Below, one piece after another: positions 10,904 to 41,434 of a stretch of 64,000 nucleotides of DNA. A program made the translations under genes and the position numbers. Under the pieces are notes generated by a model, which saw only the letters and a program-made list of their open reading frames with translations, searched no databases and was not told the origin of the DNA. Origin of the DNA: Chromera velia (taxonomy: Eukaryota); the NCBI GenBank assembly GCA_018398765.1, contig JAHBMJ010000112.1, positions 124,001 to 188,000 on the forward strand, read 5' to 3'. The number at the start of each line of letters is the position of its first letter. Within the stretch, counting starts at the first letter, position 1.

Positions 10904-13900
10904 CAGCTACTTCCCCCCGAAGGTCCACCCACTCACTCGCTCACTGACTTGTGCAGCTGGTTCCGTCCACACCGTCCCACCCGGCGTTGCAGAAGCACAC
11001 GAAGCTCGCCCCGTTGGCGTTGCACTCTGCGTTGACGTCACAGTTGTGGGTGATTCCGGTGCAGTCCGCTGCAGCGAGATTCACGGAAACATATGCGGAA
11101 ATAAAAATAAAAACATGCATGCATCAGAATTAAGTTTTTTCTTTGTTTTCTCACGACGATAGGACGCCTCGTTCATCGTTGCAAAGGTCAAATTTTCCCT
11201 TGCAGACACAACTGCAAATTTGGATCTGAATCAGAAAAGTTGAGGCTTTGCCACCTGTCAAGAACAGGAAGAAAGGAAAGATTGGGGAGACAGGCGAAAG
11301 GGAAAAATATTCGGCCCACTTGCGCATGACACCCCATCCCCGATGAAGCCCGCGTTGCATGTGCACGTGAAGGAGGAGTTCGTGTCCGCGCACACCGCGC
11401 TCTGCGCACAGTTGTGCAGTCCCTCGCTGCATTCGTCTGCAGTCACGCACACATAGGGGAATTAAGAGAGAAAAGATGGGAGGGCATTAATTGCAACTCG
11501 GGTGATCTCTCTTCCTAATTTGAACAGGCAGAAAGATATCTGGTCACAAAGAGATATCAGAAGGGGAACAAAACGACCTCAGATCTCACACACATACGCG
11601 CCGACGTGCCTTCTTTCTTCAACCCGGACAAACGTACTCAAAAACACAAGCGTGAGAGACATCCACGCAAACTCCCGGCAGCCCCTTTTTCTTTTCTTTT
11701 CTTTTCTTTTGCTGACTGACCAACGAGGGCAGATTCATCCGACACCGTGTCATTTCCCTGAGCGCCTCCCAGACCGGTGTCGCAGAGGAAGCTTCCTGTT
11801 GTGTCAGTACACGTCAGCTCGGCTGAGCAGTCGTGTAAATTGTCTGCGCACTCGTCGATGTCTGCAAAGAAAACGAACGAAAAAGGAAGAAGGAAGAGAG
11901 GCACAATGGTCCATCGGCATCGAACAGGACAATCATTTCTTTTCTTTTTGGGCTTGTTAGAAGACCCACGTCTGTACGTTGGCTTTATTGCTGAGAGATG
12001 TTGTGTGATTGATTTTGTCCGTAAACGAGAGACCTGACCAAATCTTGCTGCTCAAGGTTCTCTACCCATTTTCTCACAGCAAAACGAGTTTTTGGGTCCC
12101 GCCCTTTCATGAGAACAGATTACCTTCTTGAGCTTACTTGTGCAGGTGAGTCCATCGCCGTCAAATCCCACAAGGCAACTGCAGGTGAAGCTGCCGTCTG
12201 TGTCCTCGCACTGTCCGTCGGTGGAACAGTTGTGTGCGCCCGTAGTGCATTCGTCTTCGTCTGCATTCGGCAGACGAGGCCAGAACAATCCATGTCAACG
12301 ACAGTCGGAATGAATGAACCAACCAGTCAAGGAACGAGACAAAAGAAAAGAAGGCATTTTGCCACTCTGAGGCAGGATCGATCCTCCTCTCCTTTTCGTC
12401 TTCTGTCCCTGTTTTCACTCATTTGTCCCAGGAGTAGATGCACCCAGACAGGGAGGGCTGGGCAGATAAAGAGAGAGAAAGGGGCAGAGAGGAGGGACGA
12501 GAGATCGGAAAGAGGGAAAGAAAGAAATAGTGTTAGAGCGAGAGATGAAAAGACAGAGAGACAGACAGACTTGTGCAGCTGAGGCCGTCGCCTGTGAATC
12601 CATCGTTGCAGCTGCATTCGAAGGATCCCTCCACGTCGAGGCAGGTGGAGTTGCCGTCGCACATGTGAGATCCCTCCGTGCACTCGTTCATGGCTGCAGA
12701 CAGACAGACAAACACACGAGTAGAGTGATGCAATTCAATTCAATTCAATTCAATCATAAGGCATCTCTGGTCATGCAGTGTTTCTTTCTCGAGCGGAGCG
12801 ACGACTGCTCTCTCTTTCTCTTGCACATTTAATTGTAAAGTCGCATTCCCTCCCCCCTAGGAATGAATGTGAAGAGAAAATGAAAAAACAAAAAAGGACG
12901 GGGGGGTAAGGGATAAAAGAATAGAGAAAAGACAGCTCAGCAAATATCTATGAAAACATACAATTGCGACAGCTTCTCTTCATACATATCAACAATTAAC
13001 TGACTGGAGCAAGAAAGTTCGTCTCCAGAGAACCCGCATACATTTATTTTCATATTCTTTTATTCTTTTTACAAATGCAATCAACAACTGACTGGAGCAA
13101 GAGAGACCGTCTCCAGAGAACCCGCATACATTTATTTTCATATTCTTTTATTCTTTTTACAAATGCAATCAACAACTGACTGGAGCAAGAGAGACCGTCT
13201 CCAGAGAACCCGCATACATTTATTTTCATATTCTTTTATTCTTTTTACAAATGCAATCAACAACTGACTGGAGCAAGAGAGACCGTCTCCAGAGAACCCG
13301 GCGCTACAGGCACAAGAGAAGCTGCCGTCGGTGTCAGTGCAGTTTGCGTTGGTGTGACAGTTGTGTACCATGGTTGAACATTCGTCAATTTCTGCAAACC
13401 ATAACAGAGAGAGAATCCATGCGGTCGCAGAAACAGCCGCTTGCTTCCTTCACGTTAATTCTTTCAAAGAAGCCCAAGCCGACTTCTTTTGATCACATGC
13501 AGCGCTGTCAGCAAAACACTTAATTCCGCACTGAAATTAATTGTCATCTATCTCACCACAGCCCTCAGAGGAAGACCGGATCGAATACAGGGGCGACGAG
13601 AGGCGCTTCACGTGCGTAACCTTCCTTATCATCCAACCCGCTTCCGATTCCCCCCTTACCCCAACCAGCCCCCTCACCCATCGCCTCACCCATCCACCCA
13701 CCCACCCACCCACTGACCTGTGCAGGTCAAGCCGTCTCCCTCAAACCCCAAGTTACACGCACAGGTGAAGTTTCCTTCTACGTTCGTGCATGCCGCGTTG
13801 GAGTCACACGTGTGCCCACCCGCAGAGCACTCGTCTTGATCTGCAGACCGGATCGAGCAGGGGGGACGAACAAGAAAGATTGTAAATGAAACTCATTGCG

Positions 13901-16078
13901 TTGTCTGTGTACTGCCCTCTACTCTTTTTTGTCTAGCCAGGACGGCCTTGCGTCTTGATTTTGTGTATTTATGCAAAAATCCCATGCATTGCAGCATTGT
14001 GAATTAAGTGACTTTCTTTTCAAGTCCCTACCTGAGCACGTCCACCCGTCCCCAGTGTATCCGGAATTACACGCGCAAGTGTAGTTGCCCTCGATGTCAT
14101 TGCACTGCGCGTTACTGGAGCATGTGTGAGTGCCCTCCGTGCATTCGTTGATGTCTGCACACAGAGAGAGTTAGTGTTTGGATTGAACAGAACAATCATA
14201 CATCGCTTTTGGTCTTTGTATGAGTATCCAATGAGTCCCGTAAAAACATACACGCCGACTGTTCTTCAGAAAATGTCCTTGACAATAACAAACTCCACTT
14301 TTCGCTTCATAGAACAAAAGGCTCCGATTTGCTTGCCGTCCATCGCCCCCCCCTTTTCACCGGAAGACGGACACCTGCTCCCCGAGTGACTCACTTGCGC
14401 AGCTCATCCCATCCCCACTGAAGCCGGCGTCACAGCTGCAGGAGAAGCTGCCGTCATTGTCTGAGCAAATCCCGCCGGGAGAAGGTGCGCAATCGTGGGT
14501 GCCTTGCTGACACTCGTTCTCATCTGCACGGAAGCACAGAAAGAAGCTCAGCATGTTTGCTTCACAACAGACTTCCACACATGCGACAAATGCGTCGTGG
14601 CATTGGAGGAGCGTCTCCACGGTCACACATGCCGAGGTTGTGAATCTCACGGCGGAACTGATCAGACCTGATCGAAGAACGACAGAGAGAGGGGGAAAGA
14701 AAGAAAGGTAAAAAGAAAGAGGAAAAGACGGAAAGAATCGATACAGATCGACGAATCGACAGCAAGAGAGAGGCTGCAATGCCCCCAGCTCCCTCATTCA
14801 CTCTCTCTCTGACTCATACACGGCATCATTCCTATCCAGGTGGCGATATGTACAGAAACAGCAAATCGAAACTTCTGCGTGACCACGCACTGACTTAAGC
14901 ACCACGGAATTGCTCCCTGCCAGCTGGAGCTGCCGAGTCCGTCCCCTGTGCAGGAGAACATCACACTGGCCGACCCTGAGAGGGAGTAACCACCAGCGCA
15001 CTCGTAGGAGAAGGACGCGGAGTCCCCCGTCATGCCAACCTGACCTCCTCCGTCTGTTCTGCTTAGGTGTGCAGTCAGGTTGTTGGGTTGAGGGTCTGTG
15101 GTCTCGTTGCAAGAGGCAGCTGCAAATTTCAAGACAGAGAGAGAGGCAGGAAAGGGGTCGGAAAATTGCCTTCAGGAAAAGGGTCTTTTCCCAGGAGGGA
15201 TGGATATTGCATTCTTCTAGGTGAACGCTATTACTTGACAAGATGATCATGAGGTCACTCTCGAATAAATCCTCAATGTGCTTCGTTTCTGCGGCCGTCA
15301 TTAGGTGAACTTCTGGTCGCCTGAGAGCCCTTTGTTTTATTCACAGAGAAGTTGAATATCGAACAGAGAGGCCCACAACAAGAAAAACGAATGAATCAGC
15401 GCACCTCAAAAACAAAAAAAGGACCCTTCTCGACCCATCCACTCACCAATTTACTGACTGCAGGATAGACTCACGTACCCGTGCAAGAAAGGCCGTCTCC
15501 GAAGTATCCAGAAAGGCAAGCGCATGCATTTTCTTCCATACAGAATTCTTTGTATGAAAGAAAATGGATAGACTCACGTACCAGTGCAAGAAAGGCCGTC
15601 TCCGAAGTATCCAGAAAGGCAAACGCATGTGAAACTGCCAAGAGTCTTGGAGCAAGAAGCGTTCTCGTTACAGTTGTGCACAATGTCCGAGCACGCACCT
15701 GAACACAACCACACACATACGCACACACACAAAGGCAGTCTGTCTCTCTGGTCACGCATTAAGCTTGAAGACTGCTGTTTCCTCCATCACGTTACAAGAA
15801 TCTAAGTGCAGGCCTTTGATAGGTTTTGCAAGTCCTGCTGGTACCCCATGGGCCACACAGAGAGGGTCAGAGAGCCTCTCCTGGTGATCTAACACCTATT
15901 ATGTCCAGATTTTACTCTTCCTCTTCCTCTCAGCGTTTATGAAAACAATAGTGACCTCACCGCAGGGTCGAAAAAAAGAAGAAAAGAAAGAAAGAAAGAC
16001 AGAAAGAAAGAAAGAAAGAAAGACAGACAGACAGACAGACAGAAAGAAAGAAAGAAAGAAAGAAATATAGAAAGCGAG

Positions 16079-16165
<87 letters not shown>

Positions 16166-16226
16166 AAGAAAGAAAGAAAGAAAGAAAGAATGAGAGAGAG
16201 AGAGAGAGAGAGAAAGAAAGAAAGAC

Positions 16227-16257
<31 letters not shown>

Positions 16258-17974
16258 CAGACAGACAGACAGAAAGAAAGAAAGAAAGAGCCAAAGAAAG
16301 AAAGGAAAGGATAAAGATAAAGAAAAAACAGACCCACTTTCTGAGGACGCTCCAACTGTTGGGTCAGCGACTGTTCCTGTCAGGTCCGTAGTGCACTCTG
16401 CCTTTGACTCCTGAACTTTCTTTGCGACAACAGGGTCGTCCAAAACGGCTTGACACTCTGCAAGGGAAATATTTGGCAAAGACTTGGGTAAGCAACAAAT
16501 AAAGGCACAGAGGAGAGCAAAAAGTGAATTCAACAAAGGCATTCACTTCTTTCTGTCTCCTTTTAGACCTGGGTTTCGAGTTTGCTCCCTATTTTCTCTC
16601 GACAGTTTTGTGTTTACATCTGTCGATGCACAAATGAGGGCTGCATCTGACAGAACTTTCGGGACACTGACGGTCGCTAACAAAAAAGCGGAAAGGATGG
16701 GCTTTTATTGGACTGACTTGTCTCTGCGTCAGGCCCAAACAGATTGAATCCCCCCCCAAGACCCCCAGAGCCCCCAAACAACCCCGAGGGCCCATCGCCC
16801 AACCCCCCAAGGCCGTCTCCCAGTCCACCCAGATCGAACCCGCTATCCCCCCCCGGCAGTGCAAAGTCTCCCATCGCGAGTTGGAGCCTCCGTCGAACTT
16901 CCTCTCCCTGCATGCATGCATGCACAGGGGGGGTGGGGACATTTCATGACAATCGATCGATCGGGAGAAAGAAGGTGAAGGTCATGCTAGCATGCACCAT
17001 TTGAACGACATTGCAACAGTACCCTTTTTGGAAAAATTGAAGGCTCCTGCTACTCAAACATCCACGATTCATGCCTCTCCTTTGCTTTTGCTGTTCTTTC
17101 ATTCTTTTATTCTTTCATTCTTTCATTCTTTCTTTCTTTCTTTCTTTCTTTCTTTCGTTCTTTCTTTCTCGCGTTCTTTCTTTCTTTCTTTCTTTCTTTC
17201 TCGCTTTCTATATTTCTTTCTTTCTTTCTTTCTTTTCTTTCTCTCTCTCTGTCTCTCTCTTTCCCCCCTTTGAATGAATTGTAAAGGCGAGATGGAATGA
17301 GAGTCCAGGCTGACAGACGCGAAAAGAAGGGAAGCAGAGCATGCCACAAGCTATTCTCCAGGAGGACCATCAGCTAACGACCTACCAGAATCTTGAGACA
17401 TGTAGCCTCGGCCACAACAACTACATCTGCAATTGATTAGGACATGTTGCCAGCAGGGCAGGAGGAAGATCGGTCGAGTCAAATGAGACAATCCACTGCA
17501 GATAGCAGAATGCAGAAAACGATGGCCACCAGTGGAAGTCGAAGTGGATGCTCAGAATGAAAGGAAAGAGCGGGACTCCAACAAATGGAAAATCACCGGT
17601 AAATGCACTCACGTACAGAGCTTAATTGTCCATAAATGAACGAATCCACAACAGCGCATCCATCCACGCACCCACCAGCCGTGAAGACGAATTCAACCTT
17701 CATGGCTGTTCGCTCGGCCTCCGAGACTGTCTTCGAGCCCATGCACGTGACGCTTTCTCCGGGGGAGAGTGCGGTTCCCTCTGGACATGAGTATGAAGTT
17801 CCGAAGTTGTCAATCAAAGAGAAGGAGGACCACTGCAAGACGGACAGACGGATGGAGGGATTGATGCAGGATGGATGGCACAGAAGCATGAGAATAGGTC
17901 TTCTCATCTGTGCCAAATTGGCTGATCAAGAAGAAACGCTGTCACTTTCTCCCTTTCTCTCAAAAACACCGAAG

Positions 17975-18025
<51 letters not shown>

Positions 18026-20431
18026 AACAGAAAAGGGGGGGCACTAAAAGTTCAGAGGGTTTCCTTCTCCCCCCCGAGAAGAAGGGAAGCAACAATCCTT
18101 CTTATGACTCCCCCTTCCTTTTTTTACTTCTCACCCTGCTCACTCACCCCGACTTTTCCCTGGTTTTTCACCTCCACGAAGACGTTCACATCGAACACTT
18201 CGACTGTAGAAAGGAAAAGAAAGTGCACGTCAATCATACATGGGAGAGGGAAGAAGAAGTACAGAGAGGGAAGAAGAAGTACAGAAGTTCTCAAATTGGA
18301 AAAACAAGCAAAAACTGAGGACACAAAGAGAGAACGAGGCTCACTTGCAATCAACTGATTTGGATGCACCACAAAAACACGCACTCACACGTCTGCCCGA
18401 ATCTCAGAGATGCAAAAGCACAGACGCACCCTTTTCGCGGAATGCGATCAAAAAGTCCAAGGAACTGCAAACTGAATACAATCAGAATAAGACACCTAGA
18501 GAGAGATGACGCAAAGCGGCGACAAAACAAACCCAAATGACATAAACCAGATAGTAGAAAAGACAGGCAGGCAGAGAGGCAGGCAAAAATTGAGAGGGGG
18601 AAAACTATGCAGTGCAACAGCTGCCCTTCGGCTCACTCACGGGTTCCAAATTGAGTCACGTTACTGCAGTCGGGTGTCAACTTGGCAAGGGCTGCAAGAA
18701 CAGCAACACAGACAGACAGACAGACAGATAGACAAGTAGACAGGTCAAGGCACAGTGTTTGAAACAGAGAGAAATTCGCCGTGAGGCGTCCCAAAATGGA
18801 TAAGAAAAGCAATTAATAAATCTTATGAGACATGCAGATGCGCAATGGTAAAGACAGGCGGCATTCGAGCCGTTGTATAAATGTCGAACTGAGAAGTTTG
18901 ACAAAGTTGTGACAGGCAGCAAAAGGAAAAAAGAAAATTGAATGGAGAGAGACGAGCCCACCAGACAGACAGACCTGCGAAATCCTTATTGGGGTCTATT
19001 TCTTTTTGATCTCCGAACAAGCCCCCCCTGAAAATTTACATCAGGGTAAGCATCACAATGCACATAATTGACTACCGCTTCAATAGGCCTCCTCAGTGAG
19101 TCAACAGATAAGGCACGCAGATAAGAAAGCGCTCTCCTCTCTCCGACCGCAGAAGGGAATCACCCTTTATCGTTCTTCTTCTCATGGCTTCTTTCACTCC
19201 CCCATTCTTCATTTGCATTCCAGCAGACTTTTCCATCTCTTTCCAGTCAGAGTCGTGGCGGACAAAAAGGCCGAACAGCCAAGGAAGGAAGGAAGGAAGG
19301 AAGGCGGGAGCGGAGAGGAAATGACCAAACCAACGTGAAACTCAATCCCCTAGCTGCACGCCCATGCACCCGTCCACCCCCTCACCCCACGCATGCACCC
19401 CCACTGACTGACCCGAATCCCCCCATGTCCCCAAAGAGGCCCCCACCCAGAGGGTCCCCAAATCCCTCTCCGAGCCCCGGCAACCCTCCCCCTCCAAGGT
19501 CTCCAAACAATCCCGACGCACCACCCTCCCCTCCTGCACAAACACACAAACACATGCGGCCACAAGAGGAGAGAGAGAAAGAGGGGAGGGGGGGGAAAGA
19601 CCTTCAAGGTACTAGCAGGAGAGAGCGGAACCTTGAACATATATCAACATATCAATACACCAAGTCGTTGACGCACGCAACACGAAGAGCCCCTTCCACC
19701 AAGTCCGAACGAAGAATACCCTCCCCCCTTACTGCCCTCAAAATTTTGGTCACTTTCAGATCCCCCCCCTCCCAATCCCTTTCTGCCGGATTCCGCCGTC
19801 GCGCTGTAGCTAGTTCGTAAGTGAGCCCCCCTATCCCCCATGCAGAAACCAACGGACCAAAAAGATCAAATGGACTGTTGGCTCCACTCATCGTCGCGTC
19901 TCCCTGCAGCGAAGAGCAAAACCACGTGCACACATAGGCATCTGTATGATTCGCACAGAAAAAACAAACAGGGGCGTCTGGAACCTCCTTCCTACATGTT
20001 AAATGAATCCGTCATCCTTCTCCAAATGCCTCTTACGACGGTCTGGTCTTGGTGTTGTTTGCTCAAGGCACCCTTCCTGCCACCTTCCATCCTTTGCTTT
20101 ATACAGGAAAGGGCGCAAATTGTCATAAGAGAAACTGACGGAGCTTAAGGAGGGAATCGACGAGGAGGCCCCCGACAAGACCTCATCTCCATCGAGACTC
20201 GGCAGCTCTCCTGCTTTGAGAAGATCTGCAGGCTCCGGAACCCCCTCTCCTGCAGAATCAGGGGGGGAGACAGTACAAAAACAGGAAAAAAGACAGTGAA
20301 GAGGAGGAACTTGTGACGGGGAGAGAGCTTAAAGGAATCAAGGTGCGCTGACAATGAAAAAGTGACTGACCTTCCTTGCACGCACCCAGAACTGCGGCGG
20401 CTATACCCGCGAAAAGGTGCTTCCCTCTCAT
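8030..20431 (-). CDS. Multi-exon type I membrane protein A (adhesin-like): signal peptide, Gly-rich region, Ig-like domain, 1 sushi-like domain, ~13 EGF/EGF-Ca plus 2 four-Cys EGF-like repeats, Thr-rich linker, unknown domain, TM, short tail
   Basis: ATG at 20431 ([16 protein letters not shown], then intron). EGF exons at about 15580-15698, 14396-14525, 14031-14154, 13718-13841, 13270-13392, 12571-12693, 12138-12261, 11720-11862 (4-Cys), 11319-11438, 10949-11069, 10524-10650, 9958-10207 (two) and 9534-9661, with D-I/x-D/N-E-C starts and GT-AG borders. Sushi-like exon at ~14895-15120. Terminal exon 8030-9130 carries TM '[23 protein letters not shown]'. The 5' exon structure is only partly resolved. 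Confidence 0.85.
12993..13300. repeat. 88-bp tandem repeat (~3.5 copies) spanning an EGF exon 3' end and its splice donor
   Basis: TCAACAACTGACTGGAGCAAGAGAGACCGTCTCCAGAGAACCC recurs at 13081, 13169 and 13257, with a diverged copy near 12993. Confidence 0.9.
15462..15630. repeat. Tandem duplication (104-bp period) of an EGF exon 3' end plus donor
   Basis: GGATAGACTCACGTACCxGTGCAAGAAAGGCCGTCTCCGAAGTATCCAGAAAGGC occurs at 15462 and 15566. Confidence 0.9.
15972..16325. repeat. Compound intronic microsatellite (AAAG/ACAG/AG)n
   Basis: Directly visible. Similar intronic tracts lie at ~17095-17260, 22330-22415, 25630-25745, 31190-31340 (TTC), 39190-39295 and 44675-44935. Confidence 0.95.
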
Positions 20432-21091
20432 GCCTCTTCGCACGCAAGTGGCTCAATCAACTTCAAAGGCAGAGATACTTCAACTTGTTGGCTTTTGCAC
20501 TCCTGCGTCTTTCTGCATCAACTGCCAGCTATCTATAGGCCAGGCTGAACTGAAATTGAGCAACAGTTCGGCCGTTGTGTTCGAGTCACCATGCACATAT
20601 ATATGTGCGTGGCTCGGAGGGCAGTGTGTTGTATAGGGTTGGGGCCGGTTGGCTGGGGCCTCGACTTTCTAACATACATTTTGCTGTTGAGACTCACGCC
20701 GCGAGTTTCATGGGCAGCGTCGTGGGGAAGTCGAGGCACTCACCCCATGCATGCAAAAGCTGTGCGAAGTGTGACTCGGGAGATTTTTCTGTTCGCAATT
20801 ATTAATAAAATGTTGGGCTTTTATACGTTTTCCAAGCCGTGAGGGGGGGTTCCTACAGTCATGCATGTGTACTCGAGACCGAACTGCCCCCCGCCTCCCA
20901 ATCCCTAAAAGCCCTCACAAGATCCGCTCCAATTAATTAATAGATGACTTCGCGGTATGCTATGCCCTCTTCAGTATCCCTCAAGCAACAGATCTAAGGC
21001 AATACAGATTTGAGGACAGCTGTATACAATAAACAAACGAGCAAGTCTAATTGTCTTTGACAGTGATTGAGCCACTCTTATTCGAAGAGGC
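20432..21091. promoter_or_regulatory. Putative bidirectional promoter / 5' UTRs between the two EGF genes
   Basis: Only 660 bp separate the divergent ATGs. Both are preceded by homologous TGATTGAGCCACT-N6-CGAAGAGGC-ATG. Promoter function is inferred from position. Confidence 0.55.
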
Positions 21092-38786
<17,695 letters not shown>

Positions 38787-39191
38787 GTAAATGTATTTGA
38801 ACTTGGGTCGGGAAGTGCGGGGAGAAGAAGGGAGGTAAATTAGATTCATGTGTGAACTAACGGGGCCTAGACGTACGGGGGGGATTCTAGGTTTTTGCAT
38901 TCAAATTTGTTTCTTGCAATGCCGTGTGATACCCACTCACACTTAATTCGATTTCCAAAACAATGAACCAAATTCAGCAGTCAATTTTCTTCGGGGCCCA
39001 GCCATTCAGGCCATTGCAATATATCCAGCCTGAGCAGTTTCCTGCCGGGGGTCAAGCGGGGCGTTCCGGTACTTCTCCTTTCAAAACAATTAATGAAAGA
39101 TCGGCAGCTGGGACAGATGCAAAAAGAGGCGTCTGTCTGCAGTTGGGGAGACGGGAGGAAATCAGAAGCTCAAGAGACTTCAACAGCATCA

Positions 39192-39284
<93 letters not shown>

Positions 39285-39881
39285 AATGGAGAGAGATGCC
39301 TACATGGAATGCAAATACGTGCCTTTATGGATTGACAGGACTCTTTTCGGATCAGTAAGTCTGGCTCGACTGATTGGTCCATGGAGGAATTCGGAAAAGA
39401 TAATCGACCGGTTTATCAGCACGGATTAAACCGTAAGAAAGAGAAATCAAAAAGAGCTCTCGTTGATCGGGGGTTTGCCAGCTGACCGGTGGACGAGAAC
39501 CGATCGAAGGGCTTGTCTCGACTGTCTGTTCATTGGTGCATGCTGAAGTACGAACATGCATTGCAGTCACACGCATTAGTGATTAAAATCAGCCACAGCG
39601 AGAAAGGAAAACAATGGGGAGAGTAGTTTGGAGAGTCATTGTCGAAGTGAATATTTTTGGTGCAAAAGCAAAACGACAGGACATCAAGGTTACGTCGGGA
39701 TCAAATGTTGGTCCAGTAGCCCGAGATGCGCTGAAATGTATGTACAAGGGGTTTGTTTGAATCGAAATCAATGTGCACGTTTGTTTCAAAATTCAAATAG
39801 CTGTACTAGGGGTATCACAAAAAAAAAAATGTATACATTTCAGTTTGTCAGCTAGTTTGTCAGAGATTTTTTTTTCTTGTC

Positions 39882-41434
39882 TAGGGCTGGGAAAAGGTTC
39901 ATTGAGAAAAGGTTCAAATCTGAAAAAGTGAACCTGTTGAACCTGTTTTGAACCTGTTGAACCTGTTTTGGAGGCCAGACACATGGCTACTGGCATAAGG
40001 CTGGCCAGGCCCACGCCACCCGCGGCCCATATAGGTGAAATAAGGAGCCGGAGCCGTGCGTACAGCAACTGTCCCCAGCCGGTTCAATCTATTGTATCAG
40101 ACAGACGCATGTCAGCATATGTCAGCATCATATATCAGCATGAAAACTCATGCTGATGGTTGCAGAAGTGAAAAAGTACACGTGACTTACCAAGTTTTCC
40201 ACTTGCAAGGCCCCACATCAAAACGTAGAGTCTCCACTGAAGGAATAGGGAAGTATAGAGTTTGTTTGACAGCAGTCTGTACAACAGTATAATTGACAAT
40301 GTCTTTTTGGAGGGGCTGCTTCAAACTCGTGCCGGCAGCAGTCCCTCTGCTTGCTTCCGCTACTGCCGTCTCCGGATCTTTTTTTTTGAACTCCCAGCTA
40401 CAAGAAGGCTACCCATGGGTCCGACCTCTTTCACTGTACAACCCTTTTTCATTCTCTTTGTTGAAAAACATTCCAGCGGTCCCATTCTCTCTGACACCTC
40501 AGGTCGTGTCTTGTGCACCGAAGCCGAAATCAGAGATATGGAACTGGTTTGACAAGCACCCTAAGAGGGGGGATGTGTTGACATTCCGCTGCGGGCCAAA
40601 CGCCCTCTTTGTCGGTATGCAGCGAAAGCTTGAGATTGTGTGCACCTTTTCCAAGAGGGGGGTTCCAACGATAACGGTACGATGGTTAGAAATTTCACAC
40701 ATGGGGACTGAGTACAACACCGGGCAGGCTCCGAAGTGGACGAGAGGGGGGTTGAACAAGAATGTTGCTCCTCATGCGAAGTACAAAGCAGGTGACACAG
40801 TATTGCCAATTTACATGATCGGGTGCACTGATGAGTATTCGAAAACAGAGTTTCAATCCGATTTTGTGTGGCAAAAGGTTGGAACGAATGCAAACCCAGA
40901 TGTTTGGGTGCCACCCGCGGTAGCTGGGAGTGGTGGGGGCCATGGGGGGGAGCAGGGGGGGGGGCAACAGGCCGGGCCGGGAGCAGCAGGTCAAAGAGGC
41001 GGCGGTGCACGGAGAGGGAGGGGGGGAGCGGGGGCCGCGGGGCAACCGGTGAGCAGATGAAAGAAAAAAAGAAACGCTGTGACGGTCTTATGTTGACTAA
41101 ATTGTCATGATTGATACGATCATATAAATTTAATTATGGTATTTTCCAATTTTTTTAGGCTTTTTTGATTACTAATTTTCGACTATAAATAGTGAATAAC
41201 TTGAGACTAGCACCTAATGTGAGCGTAAATATTGATTTAAACTATTTAAAAACACTACTAAGGCATAGATTCTATAATAAAACGTTCTAAAAATGCATTA
41301 AAGCCTAATTTAAAAACATAAGATAATATAAAAAAATGAGGTTTCTATTAATTAAAAGTAAACCTGTTTTTGAACCTGATTCAGGCTCATTACTTCGAAG
41401 TGAACCTTGAACCTTGAACCTTTTCCTAGCACTA
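39882..41434 (+). mobile_element. hAT-like TIR element, non-autonomous
   Basis: Left end TAGGGCTGGGAAAAGGTTC matches the right end (rev-comp) TAGTGCTAGGAAAAGGTTC at 17/19. Subterminal TGAACC repeats at both ends. No TSD is recognisable (TTCTTGTC vs ATGTATAA). Confidence 0.7.
40293..41060 (+). CDS. Element-borne ORF with a degenerate BED-finger-like start; function unknown
   Basis: 255-aa ORF inside the TIRs. 'KPKSEIWNWFDK...FRC' resembles the start of a BED finger. The hydrophobic N-terminal part may be intron (acceptor-like CCTCAG at ~40502). Gly-rich C-terminus. Confidence 0.4.
   Translation: MTMSFWRGCFKLVPAAVPLLASATAVSGSFFLNSQLQEGYPWVRPLSLYNPFSFSLLKNIPAVPFSLTPQVVSCAPKPKSEIWNWFDKHPKRGDVLTFRCGPNALFVGMQRKLEIVCTFSKRGVPTITVRWLEISHMGTEYNTGQAPKWTRGGLNKNVAPHAKYKAGDTVLPIYMIGCTDEYSKTEFQSDFVWQKVGTNANPDVWVPPAVAGSGGGHGGEQGGGQQAGPGAAGQRGGGARRGRGGAGAAGQPVSR

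Noticed and set aside
15899..16542. Long ORFs made of [16 protein letters not shown] repeats (also ~17000-17370, 22171-22750, 30909-31406, 44364-45155, 57108-57492, 63178-63702)
   Set aside because: They are translations of microsatellites, not genes.
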